The position numbers and the translations under genes were made by a program. This document shows positions 40,350 to 50,723 of a stretch of 64,000 bases of DNA, one piece after another. The stretch comes from Promethearchaeota archaeon. GTDB lineage: Archaea > Asgardarchaeota > Hermodarchaeia > Hermodarchaeales > Hermodarchaeaceae. Location: assembly GCA_048938385.1 (NCBI GenBank), contig JBHLMG010000012.1:1-64000 (forward strand), given 5' to 3'. The notes below the pieces were generated by a model. That model was not told the origin of the DNA. It made no database searches and saw nothing but the letters and a program-made list of their open reading frames with translations. How positions within the stretch are numbered: position 1 is the stretch's first letter; the number at the start of each line of letters is the position of its first letter.

Positions 40350-41477
40350 ATGTTCAATAAAACAGGAAAGGCAAAGGGATTCGGAAGCCTCTGGCCTTAT
40401 GGAGTGGTCATCGTTCTCGCTGCTATTATCATTTCTGCTGGTGCAATCGTGGCCCTGTACCAGCTATCGCAGCTACCTCCACCGCTGACTGGGGACCTCG
40501 ATGTTCAAGTCAAGAAGGGCGATACAGTTGTAGACCTGGATTTCTCATCCGTCATCGCTCTTCAGGCTGTTCAAGGAGCTTCTAAATACCAGAACCGGTT
40601 TGGTAACTGGCGAGGTGCTGGTACTTACATCGGTGTATCATTAGCCAGTTTAGTGGAACTCGTTGGTGGAATGGATCAAAATGATGTTGTCCGTATCAAC
40701 GCGACAGACGGCTATTACCAATACTACGCCTACCACAATCTCTACCCCAACTCAACCATCGCGGCTTTGCAAGGTCAGTTCGTTCTTGCCTATGCCCTAA
40801 ACGGAACCACCCCCACGACCTGGGTGGATGGCCCCACAACTGCCTTCCTCCCGACAGATGGCGCTTACAGCAACGATGATGCTAACTCAACGACTCATCC
40901 TGCGTGGTTCTTCGGAAGCGCAGGTGCACGATGGGTCCGCAATGTCGCAGCCATCGAAGTGATACCGGATGTCTACATTGGAGGATCATACCATGTCACT
41001 GTCATTGATGACGACACTACACGAGATGTGTATCTTGTGGATCTCACTTTGATGAAGCAGATGGAAGCCTTCTCTGCCTACCAAAAATTCACAGGAAATT
41101 GGGGAGGTAACGGAACCTACAAAGGTGTAATGCTAGCGGATCTCGTTGACCTAATCACGACCATTGACAGTGATGATGTTGTCAATGTCTCTGCTACCGA
41201 TGGGTATACTCAATCATTTGCGTACTACAATCTCTACCCCAACGCCACAATTCACGCCATCCAAGGGGATATGATCCTAGCGTACAGTTATAATGGAACT
41301 GTAGCGACAATTTGGACGGATGGGCCTCGAATAGCGTTCCTAGCTCCGGATGGTGGGTATAGTAATACTGATGCAAGTCTCACGACTTATCCAGCCTGGT
41401 TCTTTGGAAGTGCTGGGGCCCGATGGGTTAGCAATGTGCTTACAATCACTATCATTCGCGACAGCCTACCTCCATGA
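40350..41477 (+). CDS. Membrane-anchored protein with two tandem molybdopterin-oxidoreductase-like domains
   Basis: N-terminal TM anchor; internal duplication G.W.G.GTY.GV.LA.LV..A.DGY..LAY..NG..W.DGP..ARWV.NV. Confidence 0.7.
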   Translation: MFNKTGKAKGFGSLWPYGVVIVLAAIIISAGAIVALYQLSQLPPPLTGDLDVQVKKGDTVVDLDFSSVIALQAVQGASKYQNRFGNWRGAGTYIGVSLASLVELVGGMDQNDVVRINATDGYYQYYAYHNLYPNSTIAALQGQFVLAYALNGTTPTTWVDGPTTAFLPTDGAYSNDDANSTTHPAWFFGSAGARWVRNVAAIEVIPDVYIGGSYHVTVIDDDTTRDVYLVDLTLMKQMEAFSAYQKFTGNWGGNGTYKGVMLADLVDLITTIDSDDVVNVSATDGYTQSFAYYNLYPNATIHAIQGDMILAYSYNGTVATIWTDGPRIAFLAPDGGYSNTDASLTTYPAWFFGSAGARWVSNVLTITIIRDSLPP

Positions 41478-41487
41478 TAAGTAGATT

Positions 41488-42552
41488 ATGGTGAATGGAT
41501 TGAGCCGATCCACTACCTACTATTTGAGCACTCGAGACCTGGTCACGATTGCTGTGCTTAGTGCCCTAGGTGGCGCTCTAAGCACCTTTGTCGGCTATTT
41601 GGGTTTGCTATTGAATACGGCTATTGGAACACCCTTTGGAGCAGGGCAATTTCTCAGTGGGCTGCATGCATTCTGGATTATCCTTGCAGTAGGGCTTGTA
41701 CGAAAAACGGGTGTTGCTACCACAACAGGATTACTTAAAGGCCTTGTTGAATTCTTTACCGGGAGTACTCATGGACTTGTGGTAGTTCTGGTGAGCCTTA
41801 TTCAAGGGCTCATAGTAGACATTGGCTTTACCATGATAAAAGGGCGCGACTCCTTACCCCTTTATGCAATTATCGGTGGGGCTTCATCCGCCTCTAATGT
41901 TATCGTTTTCCAGCTCTTCTACTTCTCAGGGGCTCCTTTGCTCTTCCTGTTGCTCCTTGTAGTTCTCGCGTTTTGTTCAGGAATTATCTTTGCGGGGTAC
42001 TTTGGTCACGCCACAACCCGTCTTGTTCGCATATCCCGCATATATCGAATGCCATCCAATACTCAAGAAGAGCCTTCATCTCCTTCGGTGTGGCGACGAC
42101 TTGGACCTTATCGCCTGTCGGCTTTGGTATTCTTAATCGTCATCGCTTTTGGAGCAAGTCTTTATGCAGTTTTCGTATGGCGACCAGTTATTGATCCTTA
42201 CAGCTGTGATGTAACGGGGTCGGTCACTTTCCCCTACAAGTTTTCCTATACGGTCTTTTCTTCTCAGGAAGTCATCGTGGAAGCCGAACTCATTGGTTCT
42301 GTCACCCATATTCCTGCAAGAAACTACACGGGTATACCTCTACCCCTTATCCTCAGCCAAGCTCAGCCTTTCAATTCTGCCACTACCTTGCAAGTACTAG
42401 CTTCAGATGGATACAGTGCTACCTTCCATTTAGATGAGGTAATCCGCAATTCGGAAGTTATCCTTATAATCGACAACGGACTACGGCTCATCGCAAAAGA
42501 TTTCCCAGGAGAGTTCTGGGTTCAAAAGGTCGTCTCCCTTGTCATCACCTGA
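41488..42552 (+). CDS. ECF transporter S component fused to a molybdopterin-oxidoreductase-like domain
   Basis: STRDLVTIAVLSALGG S-component start, about 7 TM, C-terminal YTGIPL..ASDGY..LRLIA..WVQKV. Confidence 0.75.
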   Translation: MVNGLSRSTTYYLSTRDLVTIAVLSALGGALSTFVGYLGLLLNTAIGTPFGAGQFLSGLHAFWIILAVGLVRKTGVATTTGLLKGLVEFFTGSTHGLVVVLVSLIQGLIVDIGFTMIKGRDSLPLYAIIGGASSASNVIVFQLFYFSGAPLLFLLLLVVLAFCSGIIFAGYFGHATTRLVRISRIYRMPSNTQEEPSSPSVWRRLGPYRLSALVFLIVIAFGASLYAVFVWRPVIDPYSCDVTGSVTFPYKFSYTVFSSQEVIVEAELIGSVTHIPARNYTGIPLPLILSQAQPFNSATTLQVLASDGYSATFHLDEVIRNSEVILIIDNGLRLIAKDFPGEFWVQKVVSLVIT

Positions 42553-44125
42553 TACTTCAACACCGACGACAAATCCCATACTCCAAATCAAGAACCTCTC
42601 CTTTACCTATCAAGGCAACCTATCACCGGCCTTGAGTAACATCAACCTCACTGTTGGTGCTGGTGAATTCGTGGTTATTGCAGGACCCAGTGGAAGTGGT
42701 AAAAGCACCCTAGGTCGTTGCCTTGCGGGATTTATCCCCCATGAATATCTAGGTGAATTTCAAGGTTCGGTAATTGTCCAGAACCAAGATTCTACGACTA
42801 GCACTATTCCCGATCTGGCCCGAAAAATCAGTCTCGTTCAGCAAGACCCTGATAGTCAACTCGTTACCCTAAGTGTCATGAACGAACTAGCTTTTGGTCC
42901 AGAGAATTTCTTAATCCCACCAAATGAAATACGCGAAAAAGCGGACTGGGCGTTAAACGCGATTTCAGCGCAGCATCTTCAAGCACGCAACACATACGCC
43001 CTATCAGGGGGCGAAAAACAAAAAATCATCATCGCGTCATTCCTTTGCATTCAAGGTCCGATTCTTCTCCTGGATGAACCAACCGCCCGTCTTGATCCCA
43101 CCACAGCGGAAGATGTTATCAGAACTCTTCGACAACTCAACAGAAAGGGCTTAACAATCATCGTAATTGAACATCGAATCCAACCTTTTCTCGCCTATGC
43201 TACACGCGTGGTTCTGCTCAACAATGGTACCCTGTTCTTTAATGGTACACCTTCTCAACTCCAAGCCAACCCTGAAACCCTCATCAATTTAGGCGTAGCG
43301 CTTCATCCTTCTGCCTTTGCTCCTGTGGCATCCCCCCCTCTACCCACACCACACCAAAAACGGCTAGAAGTTCAAAACCTTACCTTCACCTACCCTGAAA
43401 CCGAAACCAAGTCACCCAATCCGCCAGCAATCGAGGAACTCAGTTTTTCACTCCATCCCGGAGAAATCATTGCTTTAATGGGGCCTAATGGTTCGGGAAA
43501 AACCACGCTACTCATGCACATCATTGGACTCCTCAAGCCTGATGTAGGAACTATCTTCCTTGATGGTGAACCTCTCCATAGACAACCCGTCTCACAAATA
43601 GCTCGTAAGGTCGGTTTTATTTTTCAAAATCCACTGCATCAAATCTTCACTTCAACCGTCTGGGATGAAATCCTTTTAGCTTCTCGGCATCTCGGCGTTC
43701 CCCTCGCCACTCAAGCTCAAGCGCAAGCAGAAATACTCCTTGACGCAATGGGGCTCCAATCTTACCGCGATCAGTCCCCCTTCTCCCTCAGCTTAGGCGA
43801 ACAACGCCGGCTAACAATTGCCTCCGTCCTTTTGCATCGACCTAAGCTCCTTCTACTCGATGAACCATTCATCGGTCAAGATTACCGTAATGTCCACCAA
43901 CTCATGACCCTCCTCCAACAATCAGCTCAACAAGATACAACCATCGTTCTCGCCACCCATGATGCAGCTATCGCTGAAACATACTGTCAACGCCTACTCT
44001 TCTTGCATTCAGGACAGCTACTCATCGACGCACCCGTCAAACAAGGTCTCGATTACATCGAAACGCTTGGAAAAACCGCCTACCAACATAAACCAACCAC
44101 TAGAGAGGTGACAGCTCAACTATGA
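42539..44125 (+). CDS. ecfA: ECF transporter fused double ATPase (EcfA-A')
   Basis: Two Walker A motifs (GPSGSGKS, GPNGSGKT), LSGGEKQ/LSLGEQ, LLDEP twice. Confidence 0.9.
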   Translation: MSSPDTSTPTTNPILQIKNLSFTYQGNLSPALSNINLTVGAGEFVVIAGPSGSGKSTLGRCLAGFIPHEYLGEFQGSVIVQNQDSTTSTIPDLARKISLVQQDPDSQLVTLSVMNELAFGPENFLIPPNEIREKADWALNAISAQHLQARNTYALSGGEKQKIIIASFLCIQGPILLLDEPTARLDPTTAEDVIRTLRQLNRKGLTIIVIEHRIQPFLAYATRVVLLNNGTLFFNGTPSQLQANPETLINLGVALHPSAFAPVASPPLPTPHQKRLEVQNLTFTYPETETKSPNPPAIEELSFSLHPGEIIALMGPNGSGKTTLLMHIIGLLKPDVGTIFLDGEPLHRQPVSQIARKVGFIFQNPLHQIFTSTVWDEILLASRHLGVPLATQAQAQAEILLDAMGLQSYRDQSPFSLSLGEQRRLTIASVLLHRPKLLLLDEPFIGQDYRNVHQLMTLLQQSAQQDTTIVLATHDAAIAETYCQRLLFLHSGQLLIDAPVKQGLDYIETLGKTAYQHKPTTREVTAQL

Positions 44126-44952
44126 AATTACGCACAATCTCCTTCGGATACATTCAACGTAACTCCTTTATTCATCGCCTCAACCCCCTTACCAAATTTC
44201 TCGTCCTACTGCTCACTGCAATTCTAATAGTGATCTTGGTATCAGACATTGCTGGTTGTGTGATCTTCAGCTTCTTACTACTAGGTTATGCTGGAGCCGG
44301 TATCAGCATTCGATATCCGTTCAGCCGCCTGCGACGATTAATCTCCTTCATCCTCCTCATTACCTTGATTCAACTGATCTTTACACCTTTTGGCACAATT
44401 CTCTTTTTCCTCATTCCCCCGCTCGCACCAAGCATCGGCCCTCTTTTTCCCATCACAACCACAGGTGTTAGGAACGCGGTTAACCTCGCTTTTCGCCTCA
44501 TTAATATTATCTTAGCCAGCGCACTCTTCGTGGTTTCTACGAACCCAAGCGATTTCGCAGCATCGCTCACGCGAATAGGCATTCCCTACCGTTATAGCTA
44601 CACCCTCGTCTTAGCCCTCAGGCTAGTACCACTTTTCGACCATGAAACCAATACCGTACAAGCTGCACAACGCACACGCGGCATAGCCATAGATCGTGGC
44701 CTTCTCCGCGGCTTTATCCGACAAATCCGCTATACCTTTACTCCCCTACTCTTCTCTGCGCTAACCCGGGTAGATGCCCTAACCTTAGCTATGGACGGTC
44801 GTGGCTTCGGTTATGAATCCACTCGCACATTCCTCTCCCTACCCCGTTACACTTGGATGGACGGCCTCATCACTATTCTTAGCCTCTTTTTAACTGGATT
44901 TCTCCTCTGGTTTTTCCTCCTCGTTACTCCACTTCCATCGATTATCAGCTAA
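44122..44952 (+). CDS. ecfT: ECF transporter T component
   Basis: IHRLNPLTK, AQRTRG, AMDGRGF. Confidence 0.9.
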   Translation: MKLRTISFGYIQRNSFIHRLNPLTKFLVLLLTAILIVILVSDIAGCVIFSFLLLGYAGAGISIRYPFSRLRRLISFILLITLIQLIFTPFGTILFFLIPPLAPSIGPLFPITTTGVRNAVNLAFRLINIILASALFVVSTNPSDFAASLTRIGIPYRYSYTLVLALRLVPLFDHETNTVQAAQRTRGIAIDRGLLRGFIRQIRYTFTPLLFSALTRVDALTLAMDGRGFGYESTRTFLSLPRYTWMDGLITILSLFLTGFLLWFFLLVTPLPSIIS

Positions 44953-45291
44953 CAGCGACTACTTAAAACGACATTCATAAATTTGGTTAGTGCCTTTCGA
45001 CTTTCGCATCAGCCACAAACCCGGCATCCAACTGTGGCAAATCCCCAACTCTTCCAAAGGCTTAGAAACCAAGCAACTTATTACTAGTAGACGCACCGAA
45101 CGCCAAATCATCGAATGAATAACTGAAACTGATCAGAAAGCCCTTGTCAAAACCGGTTAATATCTCTACAATGTTTTCAATGAAATCTTCGAGGTCTGTC
45201 AGCACGATCTGTCATACATGCTAGCAAAGCACCAGTTTTTTCAATTCCTTGGCGAATTGTTTAAGAAGCACTCCAAACCCTGCATATCAAG

Positions 45292-45972
45292 GTGATGCCA
45301 ATGGGTAAGGCTGACAGTGTCTTTGAAGTCATCGGCCCAATCATGATTGGACCTTCCAGCTCACATACTGCCGCCGCAGTTCGAATAGGACTACTCAGTC
45401 GTACGATTTTAGGAGAACCCGTGACTAATGCTATTATCCAACTTCACGGATCTTTTGCCCTCACCGGCAAAGGACATGGTACAGACAAAGCCATCATCGC
45501 AGGGCTACTCGGATATGATGCAGCGGACGAGCGGATTAAAAGCGCTATCACGATCGCTCAAGAGCAAGGTATCAAAATTGAATTCCATTCAATCGATCTT
45601 GGCGACGATTATCATCCCAACACTGTTCGCCTCCTCATCGCTGGTGAAAGTGGTGCCCATTTTGAAATTACCGCCATCTCGGTTGGAGGGGGTAATATCA
45701 GCATCGTTGAACTCAACAGCCTTCCAATCCAACTCTCCGGAGAATATCACACACTTATTTCAATCCACAATGACAGACCCGGAATAGTTGCAAAAGCCAC
45801 TGCCCTAATCGCCCAAAATAAAGTCAATATCTCTACCATGAATGTCAGCCGACAACATCGAGGTGGCCTAGCCGCTATGGCTGTTGAAATGGATCAACCT
45901 CTTCCAGTAGAAGCCGTTAAAGAATTAGAAAATGAAGCCCAGATTGTACGAATAATACCACCGATTTACTGA
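45292..45972 (+). CDS. sdaAB: L-serine dehydratase beta subunit
   Basis: IGPIMIGPSSSHTA, GSFALTGKGHGTD, HPNT, C-terminal ACT domain. Confidence 0.93.
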   Translation: MMPMGKADSVFEVIGPIMIGPSSSHTAAAVRIGLLSRTILGEPVTNAIIQLHGSFALTGKGHGTDKAIIAGLLGYDAADERIKSAITIAQEQGIKIEFHSIDLGDDYHPNTVRLLIAGESGAHFEITAISVGGGNISIVELNSLPIQLSGEYHTLISIHNDRPGIVAKATALIAQNKVNISTMNVSRQHRGGLAAMAVEMDQPLPVEAVKELENEAQIVRIIPPIY

Positions 45973-45973
45973 G

Positions 45974-46843
45974 GTGAAACACATGTATTATGATAACCTC
46001 GAACAACTCATCAAGCTTGCAGCCCGGGAGAAACAACGCCTAGGTGAAATCGTTCTTGCCGTTGAGGCCGAACAAGAAGACAACTCACCTGACACGATTC
46101 GTGGTCAAATGGTCATCTCTTGGGAAGTCATGAAACAAGCCCTTGAACGCGGCGTAACCGAAGATATTCGCTCACTCAGTGGACTCAGTGGAGGAGATGG
46201 AAAACTTCTCGCTTCTCGAACACCAATATTCCTCAGTCCTGGCATCACTGCTGCTGTCGCTCGAGCGCTGGGAGTCGCTGAAGTAAATGCCGCTATGGGT
46301 CGAATCGTAGCTTGCCCTACAGCAGGTAGTTGTGGTATCGTACCTGCCGCGCTGCTCTTCGCCAAAGAGCGGTTAAAACTCGATGAAGAAACCATCATCA
46401 CTGCTCTCTTCACAGCTGCTGGTATTGGTATAGTGTGTTCGAAAAAAGCGTCCATCTCCGGGGCAGAAGGTGGCTGTCAAGCTGAATGTGGCGTCGCTGC
46501 AGCCATGGCTGCAGGAGCCCTCACTGAACTGGCGGGTGGCAGCCCGACTTCGGTAGGTCACGCTGTGGCGTTGTGCCTTTCTAACATGCTCGGATTAGTC
46601 TGTGATCCAGTGGCTGGTCTTGTTGAAGTTCCCTGTGTTCTTCGAAATGCTGGAGGTCTAATGCAAGCCTTCTTAGCTAGCGAATTGGCACTCGCTGGTA
46701 TACAAAGCCGAATTCCTGTGGATGAAGTAATCGTAGCCATGCGAGAAGTGGGAGAAGCTCTACCAGAGAGCCTACGTGAAACCGCTCAAGGAGGATTGGC
46801 TAATACTCCTACCGGTAACGAGCTAAAAAAGAAACTCGCCTAG
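45974..46843 (+). CDS. sdaAA: L-serine dehydratase alpha subunit
   Basis: PTAGSCG, SGAEGGCQAE, LGLVCDPVAGLVEVPC, LRETAQGGLA. Confidence 0.93.
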   Translation: MKHMYYDNLEQLIKLAAREKQRLGEIVLAVEAEQEDNSPDTIRGQMVISWEVMKQALERGVTEDIRSLSGLSGGDGKLLASRTPIFLSPGITAAVARALGVAEVNAAMGRIVACPTAGSCGIVPAALLFAKERLKLDEETIITALFTAAGIGIVCSKKASISGAEGGCQAECGVAAAMAAGALTELAGGSPTSVGHAVALCLSNMLGLVCDPVAGLVEVPCVLRNAGGLMQAFLASELALAGIQSRIPVDEVIVAMREVGEALPESLRETAQGGLANTPTGNELKKKLA

Positions 46844-47187
46844 ACTGTCTCCTTCAAGGGGATAATGCACAAAAATACTAAGGGGTCGTCACCTAAATTT
46901 CGGTATCCGTGTGGCTCATTCGGTGGAATATACAAAAACATGTCGGGTTCAATCGCAACTTCCTGCTCACTAGAAAAAGCTACACCCCTTCCTGAAAGAA
47001 TATAGATCTCATGATCCGCTTCATGGTCATGGAGTGGGATTTCACCTTTTGGCTGAACCTCGAACCGCCGCATAGCAAAGGTACGCGCCCCATTATCTTT
47101 GTTAATCAACCAACGAATCGTTGTTCCTGTCGAACCGTAATTGGTGACTACTTCTTCAGGACGCTCAGGATACCGACCCACAATCAT
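46840..47187 (-). CDS. Cupin domain protein
   Basis: FAMRRF, PLHDH..HEIY, PPNEPHGY. Confidence 0.88.
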   Translation of the reverse strand: MIVGRYPERPEEVVTNYGSTGTTIRWLINKDNGARTFAMRRFEVQPKGEIPLHDHEADHEIYILSGRGVAFSSEQEVAIEPDMFLYIPPNEPHGYRNLGDDPLVFLCIIPLKETV

Positions 47188-47367
47188 CTATACTCACCTG
47201 TAAACTCAACACATTAATAACCAAACAAGTACGGAACATTCAGCAATACCCTATTATATTAAAACCCGACTGATGGGTTAACCGAACACTTAATTGGATG
47301 AAAAATAAGGCATACAGACACTGAATACAATGGTGCAATATGCGAAGTTAAGACAGGCGGGTACAAT

Positions 47368-47727
47368 ATGGCGAGGAAAGACTTGGTAAAACAGACGCTT
47401 CTATCGCTCCTTCAAGAGGCAGAGCCCGCCGTTGCTGATGACGCACTTTTTCTCGGTAAACTCAGAATCCACTGCACAGAATCGGGGTACGCTAACATCC
47501 AAATTAGCCGTCCCCTCGACATCGAATATGTCAAACAGTTCTTCCAGGGCATGGATGTCTACACAGAGGCCAACCAGGCAAGCGTCATCATCAAAAAAAG
47601 CGCCAATGTCTTCATCTATTCCGAACCCAACGACACACAACGCATTGCCTTCGGTCCCTTGATGGATTACGAACTCCTCGTCTTAGTTTTCAAATATATC
47701 CGAACCGTAATGCAGCGTAGTACTTAA
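47368..47727 (+). CDS. Hypothetical protein
   Basis: 119-aa ORF filling the gap, ATG start. Confidence 0.65.
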   Translation: MARKDLVKQTLLSLLQEAEPAVADDALFLGKLRIHCTESGYANIQISRPLDIEYVKQFFQGMDVYTEANQASVIIKKSANVFIYSEPNDTQRIAFGPLMDYELLVLVFKYIRTVMQRST

Positions 47728-47740
47728 CCTGAGAGCTTGC

Positions 47741-48151
47741 TCAACACTCTGGTCTCTCCTCAAGTCGAAAACCTTTTGGAAATAATGAGGAGAGCTTTGT
47801 CCGCTCGCTTCTCCCAGACGCACTAACCGCTATAATCTCAAGGTCTGGAGCAAATTCAAAGAGGACATTCCGACAGATTCCACACGGCATGACGGGTTCA
47901 TCGCTATCTGTGACCACAACGATCTTCGAAAAATGCTGACTACCATCACAGACGGCCTTGAAGACTGCAGTACGTTCAGCACAGTTTGTTGCTCCCAATG
48001 TCGAATTTTCAACATTGCATCCTGTATACACTTTGCCATCTTGGCTGAGCAGAGCTGCTCCGACTTTAAACTGGGAGTATGGGGCATAAGCCCGTTGTTG
48101 CGCCTCTCGGGCTCGCTTTATTAAATCTGCATCACTTGGCGAAGTAACCAG
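47741..48151 (-). CDS. cdd: Cytidine deaminase (tetrameric type), probable CTG start
   Basis: AYAPYSQFKVGAA lies upstream of the track start; GCNVEN, CAERTA, PCGIC; GGTGAGGAG precedes the CTG at 48151. Confidence 0.9.
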   Translation of the reverse strand: MVTSPSDADLIKRAREAQQRAYAPYSQFKVGAALLSQDGKVYTGCNVENSTLGATNCAERTAVFKAVCDGSQHFSKIVVVTDSDEPVMPCGICRNVLFEFAPDLEIIAVSASGRSERTKLSSLFPKGFRLEERPEC

Positions 48152-48448
48152 CTCCTCACCTGTAGCGTAGTGACGATGGTCTATTGAGCTTAATCTATAA
48201 GAGCTCGTCGGTTATCCGTGCCTAAACGATGTGAGCGGCGAGGGTATTACTGGGTATAAAAATAAGCATTTTAGAATTCCTTAACCGCCCATATCTCTCC
48301 TAAGGCAGCTTAAAACCTGTAAATCTCCTAAAAAACCCTTTTTGCTTCTTATACGAGCTTTTAGGAGATAATGTCGGCGTATACCGAAATCCAAGGGTTT
48401 AAATATACCGCTGAGCGCGAATCTAGTGAGTGAAAGAAAAGGGGCGTA

Positions 48449-48634
48449 ATGTTGACGACCATGATGGAATCTGGCACGGTCACATCTGTGCACCGATCGA
48501 CCACTAAACCCATCACATGCCCTGCCTGTGGGCGCCTTAACCTCATCCAGCGAAAGCTCTATTTTTGGCTTGTATCCAAAGAGAAACAAGCCCGATGCCG
48601 CCACTGTGGGCGCTCAATCCCCCTCACATCCTAG
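48449..48634 (+). CDS. Small zinc-ribbon protein
   Basis: CPACG..CRHCG; TTTAAATA promoter-like element upstream. Confidence 0.65.
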   Translation: MLTTMMESGTVTSVHRSTTKPITCPACGRLNLIQRKLYFWLVSKEKQARCRHCGRSIPLTS

Positions 48635-48748
48635 CTTCGTATCTTTTTCAACGCTGTGTTCCTCTGACCTTACAAACTTAAATTAAGAAGAGGGGGAACA
48701 CCTCACTACTCTTGTGACAAACCTTCCTGTCCTTGGATGTGTTATTCG

Positions 48749-50044
48749 ATGAACAAAGAAAAGAAAGCATTCAGTTGGGTAACGATTTTCCTAATTGGTA
48801 TGGGATTCTTTACCACTGGAATATCATGGTCTGTTTTCAACTCGTTAGCGCCACTCTGGCTTCAGCTCACCATTGGTAATGCACTCCCAGGTTTTATCTT
48901 CGTCTCCTTACTCGCGGGGTTCATTATGGGTGTAGACAATTTTATCGCTATTATAATGAATCCACTAATGGGTTCAAGATCAGATAAAACTTGGACCCGA
49001 TTCGGTCGTCGAATGCCTTACATCATTATAGGTATCCCACTAGCAGCTGGCTTCCTCATCGGAATGCCAATTGCAGTGATTTTACCTGGGTTATTCGGCT
49101 TCCTCGGATTGGTAATTCTCATCCTCGGATTCGATATTGCCATGGCTATTTATCGCGCTCCAGTTGTGGCAATGATGCCAGACTTTACTCCTCCAGAGAA
49201 ACGCAGTCCAGCGAACGGTATCATCAACCTCATGAGTGGAGTTGGTTCAATAATTGCTTTTGTCATTGGACTTTTGCTTTTTGATATCAATCAGCTACTC
49301 GCTTTTGGTATCGTTGCAATAATCATGATATTCTGCTTAGGTCTCCTTATTTTTACAATCCACGAACCTGAGATCCCCCATGAAGTCGAAAAAGTTGAAT
49401 CTCTCCTTGGAGAAGCGGCGAAGGAAGCTTTCTCCGATCGATCAGTTCTTAGTATTCTTTTCGCTATTTTCGCTTGGTTCATAGCCTTTTACACTTTGGA
49501 GACTTGGTTTACTTCCTATGGAGTCTTCGCTCTCAGCATGTCCGAGGGGCTTGCTACCTTTACAATGACCCTGTTTGCATTAGTTTTTGTGATTTTTGCT
49601 GTTCCTGGTGGGTTGCTTGCCCTAAAGCTGGGAAGACGCCGTACTATCATGATAGGCCTAGTTGGCATGATCTTCACGCTAGGTGCAGCTGCTTTCATTA
49701 CAAACCAATTAGTGCTCATGGGCGTTCTTGGTATCGGAGGGTTCTTCTGGGCCTTTATCAATGTCAACAGTATCGTCATACTCTGGGAGGTCAGTCGGAA
49801 GAAACAAGGGACCTATACAGGTATCTACTATGTATTTAGCCAATTAGCCGCAGCGATCGGACCAATCGCGTTTGGAGGCATCGTAGACCTTCTCGTCATC
49901 TTTTCTCTAGCGACACCTACCTCGAAATGGGTCTTCATTTGGCCCTATTCGATCCTCTTCCTCATCCTAGCCTTGATTGCGATGATCTTTGTCAAGCGAG
50001 GTGAAGTTGGTGAGGAAGACGAATTAGCAGCAGGTACAACTTAG
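48749..50044 (+). CDS. MFS (GPH/SLC45-like) sugar transporter
   Basis: 12 TM, SDKTWTRFGRRMPY, YRAPVVAMMPD, KLGRRRT. Confidence 0.88.
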   Translation: MNKEKKAFSWVTIFLIGMGFFTTGISWSVFNSLAPLWLQLTIGNALPGFIFVSLLAGFIMGVDNFIAIIMNPLMGSRSDKTWTRFGRRMPYIIIGIPLAAGFLIGMPIAVILPGLFGFLGLVILILGFDIAMAIYRAPVVAMMPDFTPPEKRSPANGIINLMSGVGSIIAFVIGLLLFDINQLLAFGIVAIIMIFCLGLLIFTIHEPEIPHEVEKVESLLGEAAKEAFSDRSVLSILFAIFAWFIAFYTLETWFTSYGVFALSMSEGLATFTMTLFALVFVIFAVPGGLLALKLGRRRTIMIGLVGMIFTLGAAAFITNQLVLMGVLGIGGFFWAFINVNSIVILWEVSRKKQGTYTGIYYVFSQLAAAIGPIAFGGIVDLLVIFSLATPTSKWVFIWPYSILFLILALIAMIFVKRGEVGEEDELAAGTT

Positions 50045-50053
50045 GATATTACT

Positions 50054-50094
50054 AGGAGAGGTACAAGTAACCCACACCTCTCCTCCTCTTTTTT
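50054..50094 (+). terminator. Hairpin plus U-tract terminator
   Basis: AGGAGAGGT..ACCTCTCCT stem followed by T6. Confidence 0.55.
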
Positions 50095-50177
50095 ATACTA
50101 ATCTCAACTTTTCAGGTAGATAGGTTTTTTACTGGCTAGCTGTTCATCTGATTAATAGAAAACCCTGGAGGGTTTCA

Positions 50178-50642
50178 ATGTCAAAGATTCTTGATCGCGT
50201 GACTACCTACCTTAAATCAATGCAACTAGCCTACGAAGTTAAACCAGTGAAAGGCAAAGTTCAGCGGATCATGGTCCCATACACTGCTCCCGATGAGTCC
50301 TTGGCATTCAATGTAGTTATTGATGTGTCAAAACAGTTTCTCCGATTTTGGGTCATCATCATGCCTCACGAAGTCGTTCGAGGGAAAAAACAACGCGAGG
50401 ATTTGTATCGGGAACTCTTGCTTGCGAATGGTAAATTAGCAGAGATCAAGTACTTCGTTACTGATAAGGGCGATGTGGGTATCATTGGTCATGAGGGAGT
50501 GAATGTGTTGACAATTGATGGCTTCCGGGAGGAATTCCGAGCCCTACCGTATGGTATCATCCATTTTTTGACTGTCATTGCAAGTAAGCTGAAGCTTAGC
50601 TTTAAGATCCCAGGTCCAGGAGATCTATCGATTTATTCCTAA
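50178..50642 (+). CDS. YbjN/T3SS-chaperone-like protein
   Basis: LYRELLLANGKLAEIKYFVTDKGDV pattern; paralog of the next gene. Confidence 0.65.
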   Translation: MSKILDRVTTYLKSMQLAYEVKPVKGKVQRIMVPYTAPDESLAFNVVIDVSKQFLRFWVIIMPHEVVRGKKQREDLYRELLLANGKLAEIKYFVTDKGDVGIIGHEGVNVLTIDGFREEFRALPYGIIHFLTVIASKLKLSFKIPGPGDLSIYS

Positions 50643-50723
50643 CCCAATACTGTTTTTTTGAAGAGGAAAGGAAATCTTTTTCTAAAGGCTGCCGGTCAAT
50701 GATTGTTGCTCAACGAGGTTACC

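Noticed and set aside
44989-45160. Short frame with an internal TGA in the ecfT-sdaAB spacer
   Set aside because: No recognisable homology and no support for recoding; at most a decayed fragment.
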